Virus record (IMG/VR): IMGVR_UViG_2526164662_000053 | From: a virus | Taxonomy: Duplodnaviria; Heunggongvirae; Uroviricota; Caudoviricetes | Reading direction: 5' to 3' (one strand) | DNA: 27,867 bases | Shown here: in pieces, positions 8,792 to 18,624 of the stretch | How positions within the stretch are numbered: position 1 is the first letter of the stretch | How the letters are laid out: every line of letters starts with the position of its first letter | Position numbers and translations under genes: made by a program | The notes under the pieces: model-generated | What the model saw: the letters and a program-made list of their open reading frames with translations, nothing else | What the model was told of the DNA's origin: nothing | Databases searched by the model: none

Positions 8792-9325
8792 CTATCTGTC
8801 GATGTCCCAGCACGCCAGCGCGCTCTCCTGGTCACGCCGTGAGACCTGACCGTAGCAATTATTTGAACGGATACGGCAGTCTCTGCCACCGTCCTTAATC
8901 CACCAGCGAATCGCCTCACAGGCACCTTTTCGATCGCCTGCATTAATTCGTTTATAAAACGTCGACGGGAAGCACTTACCGGGGCCAATGTTGTACGGAC
9001 AGAATGACGCGATCCCCGCTTTCTGGGGTTCGGTCAGCGGCACCCGGATGTTTTTCTCCACCCATGCCAGCGCCTTGTCACGTTCGATGGCATTAACCCG
9101 GTCGCATTTTTCCTTTGACAGCTTCATGCCAGGAATAACAGGCTTACCATCCACCAGAATGGCACCACGGCAGATGGTCCAGATCCCCGCACCATCACGG
9201 TATGCCGTGGTGTGGTTACCTTCCTTTTCATCCAGAAACTGGTCGAGGATTTCAGGCGCAGAAGCACCTGCACCAATCAGCGCCAGAACGGCAGCCGACA
9301 GGCCGTATTTTATTTTTTCGTGCAT
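8792..9325 (-). CDS. endolysin, T4-lysozyme-like (GH24), with hydrophobic N-terminal segment suggesting SAR type
   Basis: 177 aa; E-x8-D-x5-T arrangement (EKEGNHTTAYRDGAGIWTICRG); N-terminal Ala/Gly-rich stretch YGLSAAVLALIGAGASAP; paired with a pinholin-like holin. Confidence 0.8.
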   Translation of the reverse strand: MHEKIKYGLSAAVLALIGAGASAPEILDQFLDEKEGNHTTAYRDGAGIWTICRGAILVDGKPVIPGMKLSKEKCDRVNAIERDKALAWVEKNIRVPLTEPQKAGIASFCPYNIGPGKCFPSTFYKRINAGDRKGACEAIRWWIKDGGRDCRIRSNNCYGQVSRRDQESALACWDIDR

Positions 9326-9442
9326 GGGGATTTATCGATTTCTAATCCCTTGATATGTTAGGTATATAATCCAACACTCATGGTCGCTCTCATAAACATA
9401 TCCCTTGAGACGCAGCAGATTACAACAAATGAAGCCATATAA

Positions 9443-9757
9443 ATGAACAGTAAAGAAAGTTTGCGCAGAAGATTTTTACAACTAATGACAGAAAACGTTA
9501 AATCAGAGTTACTTCTTCTGATGGCAGATAATAACGAAGCAACAAGCAGCATTCTTGCAGACCCTTACGGTAAGATCTCACATAAAACGCTGGATATTAT
9601 TACCACAACATTAACACCGCTGATGCTTCAACGGCTGAAACATAATATCAACGCATGGGTTAATGAAGAATTAAGTCCTCCCTGCTTATGGGATTCTCGT
9701 TACGCATGTCAGCAAAAAATGCGAATTTTCAACTTACTATCACCAAAGCTCAGGTAG
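9443..9757 (+). CDS. hypothetical protein encoded antisense within the holin-endolysin spacer
   Basis: 104 aa ORF in AT-rich DNA; no clear SD; identity not established. Confidence 0.3.
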   Translation: MNSKESLRRRFLQLMTENVKSELLLLMADNNEATSSILADPYGKISHKTLDIITTTLTPLMLQRLKHNINAWVNEELSPPCLWDSRYACQQKMRIFNLLSPKLR

Positions 9758-10012
9758 CCATAAAATCCTGCCCTTCATGGCATACAGGATTTCAATGGAA
9801 TCACAATGACCAACTCTTGCACAGCTGTATCCCTGACTCCCCGACAACTCAGATTTTCAGTATCTGCTGCTATCTAAAGAGAAAGCGCACAAATGCAAGG
9901 GTCTTTCATCACGTCCTGTTATTGATTGCCTGTGACCTTTTCTTACCTCATGGAACGTTTTTTCAGTTAGAAATATTCATTTTACAACCAGTTCGTATTG
10001 TTTATTCATCGA

Positions 10013-10219
10013 CTACTCTCCCCGCGCCACCTTACGACGGTCCTCTCTGATTTTGAAATACAGGTTAGTCAGATACGTCAGCAGGCCAAACAGCAGACTT
10101 CCCAGCACACCTATTGCCACCCACTGGGACGGAGAGACTTTGTCCAGCAGCTGCAGTAACCAGTATCCCGTCCCCACCGCTGACGTGGTGTATGACACAC
10201 CTGTTGTGATTTTTTCCAT
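10013..10219 (-). CDS. S: holin, phage-21 S21-like (class II / pinholin type)
   Basis: 68 aa; [55 protein letters not shown] matches recalled S21. Confidence 0.8.
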   Translation of the reverse strand: MEKITTGVSYTTSAVGTGYWLLQLLDKVSPSQWVAIGVLGSLLFGLLTYLTNLYFKIREDRRKVARGE

Positions 10220-10473
10220 CTGATGTATGTCTCCGTCACCGCCGACAGAAAATGAAAGTAAAGAAAAACAAAAAAACCGCCAGTGTCACCCACTGACGGC
10301 CAACTCCGGGAGCCGTGATTATGGCATTCAGGCTCTGCTAAAAATGCCAGATAACATTCCGGCCTCCCCTGATTCAGGTTATAAATGACACAATATCTTG
10401 ACAACACCCGTCACTGTCTGTCAGAAAATATACCGCCAGGCATAAGTATCATGTGAAATCCAACTATCCTTCT

Positions 10474-10512
10474 GAGCCAGCACCTCTCCACCGAAAGTCA
10501 GTGCTGGCTGTT
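10474..10512 (+). terminator. plus-strand intrinsic terminator, antisense to the late operon
   Basis: agccagcac…gtgctggct stem followed by TGTTTTTTT on the plus strand only. Confidence 0.45.
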
Positions 10513-10666
10513 TTTTTCCTTAATAAAGCATCTGTAACTGAAACAATCCGCATATTGATAATATATTGACAGGCATCATTGCTGTCTGTGAAAAATAAGT
10601 CTCTACAAACATATAAGGCCTTTTAGCCAGCGTCTTCTTTCAGGTCAGTCGCTGGCTCTTTTTTTA

Positions 10667-12517
10667 TTATGCTGCCGGTGCATTTATCTCCAGCACCAGA
10701 CTTTCTATCTCAACGCCATACGCTGCATTTTTTGTAACATCCGTCAGCGTCAGCGCATTCAGTCCCAGTGTCAGACTGTCTTTTATAACCTGGAATGCCG
10801 GGCCAGCCACTCCATTCAGTTTCGGAGTAACCGTGGCACTGCCGGCGGTGAACACCAGCTCCAGCGTCTGCCAGTCGTTACCGTAATCGCCGAACTCCCC
10901 CAGCTTCGTGTTTCCGGCTTTCCTGTGATGCATCAGATTCACTCTGCCGTCAGTGGTCTGAGTGAAGTACGACATCAGGAACGGATTACCGGTACCCGTC
11001 ATCGCCACACCATCAGGAACGGGAGCATCCGTATACAGATAAATCCCCAGCCCGAACTGATTGTTGGTCAGTGCGCCTGACAGGCGGAACTTACAGGTCA
11101 GTCTGCCGCCCTGTGTCAGCAGGGTAATTGCGTCATCCACCGGATGCGTCAGGGACCAGGTTTTATTGCTCTGCTTGGTGATCTTAAATACACCATCTGA
11201 CAACTGAATTCCGCCATCCTTAATGCTCCAGCCCTGCGCAGCAGCCTCTCCGGCTGCCGGCAGCAGGGAGATTGTGCGAACGGACGTATCTGCAGACGGA
11301 CCCGATGGCGTGTTGCCGCCGGGCGAGGGTTTGATTTCCGGTGCCTTACCACTGATGAAGGCTGAGGTGCGCCCGGCTGCGTTCAGAATAGCGGTTGCCA
11401 GACGATCCGGAATAATGCTCCTGCGCGCCCATGAACTGAAATGTGTCGGGCGGTTTGATGATACCTGGTTTCCATTCGTTCTCGATGCCGCACCGTAATA
11501 TCCTGATGCCGGAATATCCGGATCTTCTGCCGGCGCGTTAGTGGCGGTATTGACGCCGTTACCGTCTGTCATGAAGGGCACAAAATAAACGCCCTCACTC
11601 TCCCTGTTTTTATACCCGCCGTACACGGTGTCGTACTGGGTAGCGTATGTATTTTTCCAGTAATACGTCGTGTCACCACAAATCCACGGCACATTTACAG
11701 CACTGCCACCATGACACTGCGCGTTAAACACAGTGAGGTCAGCACGAAACTGCTTCAGCATGGCTGTAAACAGCGCAGGTTGCTGTGCGTAGGTGGCGGC
11801 GCTCATGTCAAACTCTCCCTGCATCCAGCACACCGCCAGCAACACATTTTTCGGGTTCTTCTGTAATGCAGCTTTAGTGCGCGCAATCAGGTCCTGATAT
11901 AACGGTTTACCCACACCCCAGCGTGCCGAATCCTGGCTGGCCCCCGTGTCCGCACTGAATGTCCCCTCCGCGCCCTGGGTGAATGCCGAACCACCACGAC
12001 AGCATGGTGCCAGCAGGATCCCCGCGTTATTCGGGATATACGGAAGCAGTTTTTTGGCAATATGTAAGCCCTGGCCGACACAGCCGTACTGCCCTTTGCT
12101 CAGGTCTGCCTTCGGATGATTCAGCGTACTCATATCCTGCACATCATGCAGGCAGTGGTCGGCCGGAATAATATCGTTATATCTGCAGGCAGCCCCACCC
12201 GGCGTCACTGTACTGCGGCGCGCCAGCTGTTTAATGCGCGGATCCGGAGCATCGTATGAATCCGGCAGCGGAAGCCCTTCACCGTAAGCCATGGCATTGG
12301 ACTGCCCGGCCAGTACGATGACGTAGTACCAATCCGGCTCAGTTGCACCACTGACCACCACATCACCTTCTGCTGTAATCGCCTGCATCAGAGTATAAGG
12401 GGTTATGGCCACCGGACTACCAAACGGCTGCCAGCCCTCTTTCAGTTTATGTGTCAGCTTTTCCGCAAGATCTGATGGCGACGCCGCCCTGACAACATCA
12501 TAGTGTTTAAATGCCAT
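10667..12517 (-). CDS. prophage sialate O-acetylesterase (NanS-p-like; SGNH/SASA domain)
   Basis: 616 aa from ATG at 12517; N-terminal MAFKHYDVVRAASPSDLAEKL…, esterase block VIVLAGQSNAMAYG; position between tRNAs and lysis genes as in Stx-type lambdoid phages. Confidence 0.8.
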   Translation of the reverse strand: MAFKHYDVVRAASPSDLAEKLTHKLKEGWQPFGSPVAITPYTLMQAITAEGDVVVSGATEPDWYYVIVLAGQSNAMAYGEGLPLPDSYDAPDPRIKQLARRSTVTPGGAACRYNDIIPADHCLHDVQDMSTLNHPKADLSKGQYGCVGQGLHIAKKLLPYIPNNAGILLAPCCRGGSAFTQGAEGTFSADTGASQDSARWGVGKPLYQDLIARTKAALQKNPKNVLLAVCWMQGEFDMSAATYAQQPALFTAMLKQFRADLTVFNAQCHGGSAVNVPWICGDTTYYWKNTYATQYDTVYGGYKNRESEGVYFVPFMTDGNGVNTATNAPAEDPDIPASGYYGAASRTNGNQVSSNRPTHFSSWARRSIIPDRLATAILNAAGRTSAFISGKAPEIKPSPGGNTPSGPSADTSVRTISLLPAAGEAAAQGWSIKDGGIQLSDGVFKITKQSNKTWSLTHPVDDAITLLTQGGRLTCKFRLSGALTNNQFGLGIYLYTDAPVPDGVAMTGTGNPFLMSYFTQTTDGRVNLMHHRKAGNTKLGEFGDYGNDWQTLELVFTAGSATVTPKLNGVAGPAFQVIKDSLTLGLNALTLTDVTKNAAYGVEIESLVLEINAPAA

Positions 12518-12776
12518 GGTTCTTTCCACCATCTGAAAAATAATTCTTTAAAATACCTGACATGTAATACAGAAAAAACACAAAACCATACCTTAAATAA
12601 AAACCTGATTATCAAGCAGATATGCATGGATAAACTACAAGACGAGATATAAACCACCCTGTATTTAAATAAACAATAAACAACATCAGAAAAATAATTC
12701 TGCTCTATGGTTTAATTCAAAAATATCATTTATACTTTTCAGAACATCACCAGCAAGGCATAAACAAGGAAAGTAA

Positions 12777-13112
12777 ATGAAGTGGATTGTGATTGATACA
12801 GTTATCCAGCCATCATGCGGAATATCTTTTTCAGTCATATGGAGTAAAATAAAATTAATAATCTGGTATCAATCGGATGCTTTCTTACCTCCTGAAAGTA
12901 TATTTACACTGACTCACACAGGTATCATGCTCAATAACAAAGTGCTACCTGTAACCATTTACAACATAGTACCATTCAATAAAACATTCTGGAATTTAAT
13001 CAAAAACAGCCAGGAATGCCCTACAAATACAGATAACGTATTGAATGAATGCTTTAATAACCGTTGCACTCTGCAAATATGTCCTTATGGGCTAAAACAA
13101 CAAAATCCATAA
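12777..13112 (+). CDS. hypothetical protein in AT-rich cargo region
   Basis: 111 aa ORF in strongly AT-rich DNA; no recognisable motif. Confidence 0.25.
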   Translation: MKWIVIDTVIQPSCGISFSVIWSKIKLIIWYQSDAFLPPESIFTLTHTGIMLNNKVLPVTIYNIVPFNKTFWNLIKNSQECPTNTDNVLNECFNNRCTLQICPYGLKQQNP

Positions 13113-13559
13113 GGAGTTTACTCACATCTGACAAAATCAATATAAACAGCCCCTCCGGAGAGGGGCTGGAGAGTGGCGCTATGTGCCATTGCATGGTGCC
13201 GGGTGCCTCCCGGTGAATTCAGTACCAGCACCTGAATCCGCGATTATCCCATATACCTACTCGCTGATTGCCCCTCCGCACAGGGGGATTCACCATGCCA
13301 GTTTCTTTTAACAAACTCCCCGCAAACCAGACAACAGTCAACCGCCTGAATTGTGAAGTATTTAAAAATTTCTCCCGCTAACTGATACCCGGCTAACAGT
13401 CTGGCGTTTTCTTTTTCAGCAACGGGAAAGCAACAACCACCACACCCGCCACCAGCACACCGTCAGCCAGCACTGACATTATCCGGCTGCTGCAATGCCA
13501 TTCACAAAAACAGTAAGCAATCACTTTTTACCGTAACAGGTGATAATCCAGATATGTAT

Positions 13560-13913
13560 CTACCCCAGATGAGTAATCCGAAGTTCATCCATACCACAGG
13601 TCCTGGCTATTCTGTTGTACTCCTGAACAAGAGCAAATAATTCTGAATTAGCAACCATGAACTCATCGCAAACCCTCTGTATAGCATCACTATTCAGAAT
13701 AATAACGTCTCTTCCCGAAAGACGATCAGGAGTACAGAACAAAACTGTCAAACGGCTGAAGGCCTTTGCTCGTGCTGCATTGACTATATCAATACGCTGC
13801 CTAAGGATGAAACACCCCGACGCCTCATCAATATTCACTCTACCCACACCATATGAATGATAAATATTTAATGCTGAAAAAACCATTAGACCGTATAACA
13901 AATATTCAATCAA
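13560..13913 (-). CDS. hypothetical protein with hydrophobic N-terminus, at the stx-equivalent position
   Basis: 117 aa ORF directly downstream of the tRNA pair; no recognisable similarity. Confidence 0.3.
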   Translation of the reverse strand: MIEYLLYGLMVFSALNIYHSYGVGRVNIDEASGCFILRQRIDIVNAARAKAFSRLTVLFCTPDRLSGRDVIILNSDAIQRVCDEFMVANSELFALVQEYNRIARTCGMDELRITHLG

Positions 13914-14023
13914 TACTTAACAGAACTTTTATTTTTGACAAACATATAATATTTTCAACAATATCCTGAGCCAGGTATATTTCAGTATAAGGCTCTGCCG
14001 GAAGGAATCTGGAAGAATGAATA

Positions 14024-14100
14024 TGGCGCGCTGTACTGGATTCGAACCAGTGACCGATTGCTTAGAAGGCAATTGCTCTGTCCGGCTGAGCTAACAACGC
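14024..14100 (-). tRNA. tRNA-Arg (anticodon UCU)
   Basis: Reverse complement folds as cloverleaf: 7-bp acceptor stem GCGTTGT/ACAGCGC, anticodon loop CTTCTAA, T-arm GGTTCGAATCC, 3' CCA. Confidence 0.9.
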
Positions 14101-14201
14101 TGAATACCGATAATGGACCGCCATCGGGGACCCGCCCCCCGCACCAACAACCCTGTTATCGTGTCGTCTGCTCTTCCTGATAAGCTAATGGCGGTTTGTG
14201 A

Positions 14202-14277
14202 TGGTGGCCCTTGCTGGATTTGAACCAGCGACCTGGCGATTATGAGTCGCTCGCTCTCACCACTGAGCTAAAGGGCC
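14202..14277 (-). tRNA. tRNA with CAU anticodon, ileX/ileZ-like (tRNA-Ile2; reads as Met by anticodon)
   Basis: Perfect 7-bp acceptor stem GGCCCTT/AAGGGCC, anticodon loop CTCATAA, T-arm GGTTCAAATCC, CCA end; close to recalled E. coli ileX. Confidence 0.9.
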
Positions 14278-14312
14278 GGGAGCAGAATAATAACGGTCCG
14301 TAATTAATTTCG

Positions 14313-14340
14313 CAATAAAAAACCCGCTCAGCGGCGGGTT
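14313..14340 (-). terminator. intrinsic terminator downstream of Q (tR'-like)
   Basis: Stem aacccgc/gcgggtt with 6-nt loop followed by TTTTTTATT on the minus strand, about 80 bp after the Q stop. Confidence 0.5.
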
Positions 14341-14387
14341 GTAGAAACTCTTCTAACGTCAGGCATAAAACGCCCATCGTTATGACG

Positions 14388-14415
14388 AATTTACCACAGA
14401 TTCCGGAAAAATCAA
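14388..14415 (-). promoter_or_regulatory. candidate late promoter (pR'-like) just after Q
   Basis: Minus strand TTGATT-N16-TAAATT between the Q stop and the terminator; weak match, placed by analogy to lambda. Confidence 0.35.
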
Positions 14416-14420
14416 CCTTG

Positions 14421-15242
14421 TTACCTAGTTACCTTTTTTAACTGCCGCTCAGCCCATGCTTCTTCAATATCAAACCGGGTCACCAGCGCATCATAAAATT
14501 TCTTAACTGTTTTTTCCCATGACGCGCGTGTTATCTGGTTTGTCACCTCGCATATAGCATTAAATGCCTCCGTTGATGGTAGTCTTTCATAGCCACGACC
14601 ACCACAACGCTGGCAGTCTCTGATAACAGGCATACCACGTTTTACCGACTCTTCACGATGAATGGCGACACCACGCCCACGGCAATCCTTACAGGCGGTG
14701 GAAACCTCACCCTTTCCGCCACACTCCGGACAGGCAACTTTTACCACCTCCCTGACTTTTTTCCATTCTTCCCAGTAAGACGGATACACACCTTTCGTAC
14801 ACTTTGCCCATACCGGCGGCTTACCATCCGGATACTGGACCTTGTTTGTAAAAACTATGCTTTCAATAAATTTTTCCCCATAGCAACAAGGGCACTGCTT
14901 TTTACTCGCTGCGCTGCGGGCATAATCCTCAAAAGCGTACGAAGCCATAATGCGCATCACTACCGGTTTTATTTCTGCCGGAAGTTTTCTCAACGCCGCC
15001 ACACGATCGCACCGACTGAGTGCATAATCTGCCAGTAATTCTGTTGCCCGCGCCCTGTCATTCATACTGATGCCCATTTTCCCCAGGAACGCAGAAAAAC
15101 CCATCTCAGCCCGATTCTGTGTCATGCCCTGCGCGGCCATCACATCAGTGATACTCAGCGCATCTTTTGACGTTGAGGCCGATGCATCGGTCAGGCCAGG
15201 GGATTTTGGGGAGTAGTATTTCGGTAAATCTTCCAGTTTCAT
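14421..15242 (-). CDS. Q: late-gene antiterminator Q
   Basis: 273 aa; N-terminus KYYSPKSPGLTD…TDVMAAQGMTQ and C-terminal zinc-finger block CPECGGKGE…CKDCRGRG…CQRCGGRGYERLP match recalled lambda Q. Confidence 0.85.
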   Translation of the reverse strand: MKLEDLPKYYSPKSPGLTDASASTSKDALSITDVMAAQGMTQNRAEMGFSAFLGKMGISMNDRARATELLADYALSRCDRVAALRKLPAEIKPVVMRIMASYAFEDYARSAASKKQCPCCYGEKFIESIVFTNKVQYPDGKPPVWAKCTKGVYPSYWEEWKKVREVVKVACPECGGKGEVSTACKDCRGRGVAIHREESVKRGMPVIRDCQRCGGRGYERLPSTEAFNAICEVTNQITRASWEKTVKKFYDALVTRFDIEEAWAERQLKKVTR

Positions 15243-15256
15243 TTTTTGACCTGCTC

Positions 15257-15613
15257 TTAATGCATTATGGGGTAAATCTTCACCCCCAGACGTCCACCAG
15301 ATACTGGCTGACCACGAACGATATTGATTTCATCAAACTGCTCATCGTCCATTAACACTCCCGCATGCGTCAGCGCATCCAGCGGTGCTTTCAGAATGTT
15401 GTCCAGGTCGCGACGACGCTTATCCGGTGGCTCTGCAATCACCTTTATCGCCAGCCTTCCGGACAGGCTTAATTTCAGCCGCTGCTGGCGAACAATAAGC
15501 GCCACAGCCCGGCGATAACGCTTTCCCTCCTCCGAGATAAAATATGTGCTGCCACGGCGTCGCCAGTAAGTGTTCACCGTCGGCGGGTAAGGTAAAACCA
15601 AATCTATGAGCAT
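15257..15613 (-). CDS. rusA: Holliday-junction resolvase RusA
   Basis: 118 aa; PDKRRRDLDNILKAPLDALTHAGV matches the RusA catalytic core. Confidence 0.85.
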   Translation of the reverse strand: MLIDLVLPYPPTVNTYWRRRGSTYFISEEGKRYRRAVALIVRQQRLKLSLSGRLAIKVIAEPPDKRRRDLDNILKAPLDALTHAGVLMDDEQFDEINIVRGQPVSGGRLGVKIYPIMH

Positions 15614-15625
15614 CAGTCACCTCTT

Positions 15626-16675
15626 TTACCCAAGCACGCCAGTTGCAAAGGCGTGATCAAGAAAACGAAAAATTAAATCAACCTGAGAACCATGCTTTTC
15701 TTCGAACGCCAGCGGATCCGCATGAAGCTCGTTGTGATGCTCCCGACACAGCGGTAGCGTGAAAATATCGTGAGATTTTGTCCCCATTCCGCCCTGACCA
15801 TGACCAATCAGGTGATGGGGATCGTCGGCTGGCTTACCACAACACGCACACGGCTGTGTCTTCACCCAGCGTGTGTATTTCTCGTTAACCCAGCGGCGAC
15901 GTTTAGGTCGTTTCATGAAAGATTCCGGAGGCTCAGGATCAACGGCAATGCTGACCACCGTCTTTTCCTGTGGTGGGTTCTGTTGCTGGTGGGCGTGAGG
16001 CAGCGGCGCAAGATTTTTTGTGCGCTGTTTCAGTATGCTGATGGCGGTCTGCTCTCCCGGTACGATGTCGCTTTCGCGGTACAAGGGGCGGATTTTTTCC
16101 GCACGTAACCCCAGAGAACGACGTAATACTGCCTCCGGAAGCGCGTCCGCCACCTGATTGCAGACCGCCCACCAGGATAATTCAGCCAGAGATAATTCAC
16201 GCTCCTGCGTACCGCTTATTGCGTGACCGATGACGTCAATCATCCATGCTGACAGGTTTTGATGAGCAAGTTGCTCGAGTGATTCGGATGTCTGGTCACG
16301 CAGCTGGTTGTCGCAGTGCCAGCACAACACCATTGCGCCGGTACCATAACGGTGAATGACGGTTTCGCTGTGATGATAATCGCCGTGTGGCCACTGGCAG
16401 GATTTAATATGGCGCAACAGCCAGTCAGACAATGCACCAGCACCACCAGCAGCACGAATCACCCGTGCGTTACTGAAAAACGGCAGCAATGTTTTGTCTT
16501 CCACTAGCGGCTGGTGAACGGCAGGAACAACCCCGGACGGCAGATTACGCATGCTTTTCGGTTCCGGCTCCACCAGTACCCGGGTATTGTGGAATACCGG
16601 CATGGATTCACGGCCCGGCTTAACGATCACCAGCCCGAGTTCCGGTACCAGAACAGGTCGAAGTAATACCCGCAC
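15626..16675 (-). CDS. YdfU-like (DUF968-type) prophage protein with C-terminal Cys/His motif
   Basis: 349 aa; C-terminal CACCGKPADDPHHL…CREHHNELH zinc-binding-like motif; size and position as recalled for Qin ydfU. Confidence 0.55.
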   Translation of the reverse strand: MRVLLRPVLVPELGLVIVKPGRESMPVFHNTRVLVEPEPKSMRNLPSGVVPAVHQPLVEDKTLLPFFSNARVIRAAGGAGALSDWLLRHIKSCQWPHGDYHHSETVIHRYGTGAMVLCWHCDNQLRDQTSESLEQLAHQNLSAWMIDVIGHAISGTQERELSLAELSWWAVCNQVADALPEAVLRRSLGLRAEKIRPLYRESDIVPGEQTAISILKQRTKNLAPLPHAHQQQNPPQEKTVVSIAVDPEPPESFMKRPKRRRWVNEKYTRWVKTQPCACCGKPADDPHHLIGHGQGGMGTKSHDIFTLPLCREHHNELHADPLAFEEKHGSQVDLIFRFLDHAFATGVLG

Positions 16676-16676
16676 G

Positions 16677-16955
16677 TTACCTCCAGATGCGTTGCTGGAA
16701 TGTGCGGGACGGACGCGGTGGGCGCTCGGAGTAAGGAAGCCTGACGGAGATTATCCAGTGACGATAATCGAGGCTGAGGGCTTTCTTAATCTCGTATCCG
16801 TGTCTGCGGTAGCACTGAATTAGCCACTCGGCCTGTTCTTCAGTGCATGGGGGATGCTGGAACCAGTCAGATTTGAAAGTGCGGGAACGCCGCCCGTGCC
16901 TGCTGGCAAAGACGGCAGAATCATCAGAATTGTGTAATTTGGTATCGTGCGCCAT
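16677..16955 (-). CDS. hypothetical protein (Rem-like position)
   Basis: Internal ATG at 16955 chosen; the longer ORF to 17084 would cross the terminator hairpin at 17025-17054. Confidence 0.3.
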   Translation of the reverse strand: MAHDTKLHNSDDSAVFASRHGRRSRTFKSDWFQHPPCTEEQAEWLIQCYRRHGYEIKKALSLDYRHWIISVRLPYSERPPRPSRTFQQRIWR

Positions 16956-17024
16956 CGGTTGTCTCTGCTGGCGCAGCAGGTGCCAGTTGTTCAGGCTGGC
17001 GTGCGAATTGTAAACCAGAATGCT

Positions 17025-17054
17025 AGGAAAAAACAAAACCCGCCGAAGCGGGTT
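17025..17054 (-). terminator. intrinsic terminator between IS186 copy 1 and the rem-like gene
   Basis: acccgc-cgaa-gcgggt stem followed by TTTTGTTTTTT on the minus strand. Confidence 0.45.
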
Positions 17055-17109
17055 AAGTGCGGGTGCGTTGAGGATGCCTGACACATCAGAGGTGGCGAGG
17101 GATTCTCCC

Positions 17110-18449
17110 CATAAGCGCTAACTTAAGGGTTGAACCATCTGAAGAATGCGACGCCTCGGTGCCTCGTTAAGACGATGCCTCGCGTTCTTCAATTGCGTTT
17201 TGTAGGCTGTCAGGGATACTGTCCCACGAATGGCCACCTGTAAGCTCCAGATGACCATTTTTGTTATTCTCCACAACGAGTTAGTTCTTCTTTTCGGATC
17301 CGGCACTTCTGGGGGGGAAATCCAGCGATGGCTGGATTATGTCGTCAATTAAAAATGCGGCGAGTAGATTAGCAAATATCCACGCTTTCGCGAGTTCAGG
17401 TTCCTTTGCACGCAAAGCATCCAGGTGCAGCAAACTTTTGAGCCGCTTAAAAGCCAGTTCAATTTGCCATCGCAGACGGTAACAATCAGCCACTTGCTCT
17501 GCTGAATATTCATCTTCCGGTAATGATGTTAGCAATAGCACATGGCCCGCTGCTTCCAGCGTTTCCGCCTGAACTACTCGTCCTTTTCGACGATTCTCGC
17601 TGAGCAGTCGGGTTTTACTGATTAATGCTTTTTCGGGAGGAAGTGATACGGCAATGAGACGTGCCGGAAAGGGAGCTCCGGTCTTTTTTATTACCTGAAT
17701 TGCCTATCATTACAGTGGTTTCACCGTTCTTACCGCAATCCAGCCCGCGCAGAAAACCCATCATGTCAAAGCGCATTCCTTCTGCAGTTAACCAGCGCAA
17801 TCCTCGCCAGTGAACCCGGACGATATAATCAGCTTCTCCAAAAGCAAGTGAGCGGATACATTCGGGACGCGAACCGAATCCCCGGTCAGCAATGCGTATC
17901 TCGTCTGCCGTTTGCGCAAATCGGTCCAGCCGTTCAGCGTCTCTGCTGTCGGTTAGCTCAAAATCAGTGAACTGACAGGTATGAGGATCATATCCCATAT
18001 GTAGTCGCCATTCAGCGCTGCCGCCCCCGGGCGCACTGATTGCTGTTCCATCGACAAGACGCAATCTCTTTCCGCTTGTACAACCCGTAACTGCGGCGCG
18101 TACAGCAAGTGTTTGTGCGGCAAGTATGCCAAACCAGTCGGCGGCATTCCGCAGCCGCTTCAGGAGAGCCACGTCAGATAATGTTGCAACGTCATGGAGC
18201 TGAGCCCATGCAGTGACTTCACGTAATGACATCCCCCCGGGGCCGTAAGCCAGCCCCAGACGTAGCAGAGTTGCAGCATCACGAATTTCGCGGCGGCGGG
18301 TTAGAGCCCCGGCATTACGTGCCGAAGTATCCAGTTCTTCGGGCTTACCAATATGGGCCAGAATTGCTGACCAGTTATCGTGAGAGTAATTCATCGGCAC
18401 GTTAAATCATATCAGGCGTAATACCACAACCCTTAAGTTAGCGCTTATG
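17110..18449 (-). mobile_element. IS186 copy 1 (IS4 family)
   Basis: Perfect 23-bp terminal inverted repeats CATAAGCGCTAACTTAAGGGTTG; transposase recognised as IS186 InsL; 1340 bp, flanked by GGGATTCTCCC and GGGATTGCTCCCC. Confidence 0.9.
17281..18400 (-). pseudogene. insL: IS186 transposase, split by one frameshift
   Basis: ORFs 17615..18400 and 17281..17541 together cover the transposase; copy 1 reads ccggtctttttta where copy 2 reads ccggctttttta. Confidence 0.8.
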
Positions 18450-18471
18450 GGGATTGCTCCCCGCACAACGG

Positions 18472-18624
18472 CTACTTCTTCGGTTCGTAAGCGAGAACAG
18501 CCTTAAACTCAATATTACGTTCCTTTACGGTGAACTCACACAGCGAGTCTCCGACCAGAAGCGTAAATCCCAGTACCGTCAAACACAGCACTATTACTGC
18601 CACAAGGGCATATTTCGTCAGCAT
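18472..18624 (-). CDS. hokE: Hok/Gef-family type I toxin, HokE-like
   Basis: 50 aa [50 protein letters not shown], matching recalled HokE; IS186 end lies 22 bp past the stop. Confidence 0.8.
   Translation of the reverse strand: MLTKYALVAVIVLCLTVLGFTLLVGDSLCEFTVKERNIEFKAVLAYEPKK

Noticed and set aside
9688-10050. 120-aa plus-strand ORF overlapping the holin 3' end
   Set aside because: Overlaps a well-supported holin gene on the opposite strand and has no recognisable features.
12533-14023. Shiga toxin genes at the canonical Q-to-lysis cargo site
   Set aside because: Neither ORF in the slot resembles StxA or StxB in length or motifs; the architecture is Stx-phage-like but the toxin genes are absent.
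15420-15620. 66-aa ORF overlapping rusA
   Set aside because: Alternative frame across the RusA coding region, with no independent support.
16677-17084. 135-aa version of the rem-like ORF
   Set aside because: The extension would read through a terminator hairpin and start within about 20 bp of the IS186 end; the internal start at 16955 is more plausible.
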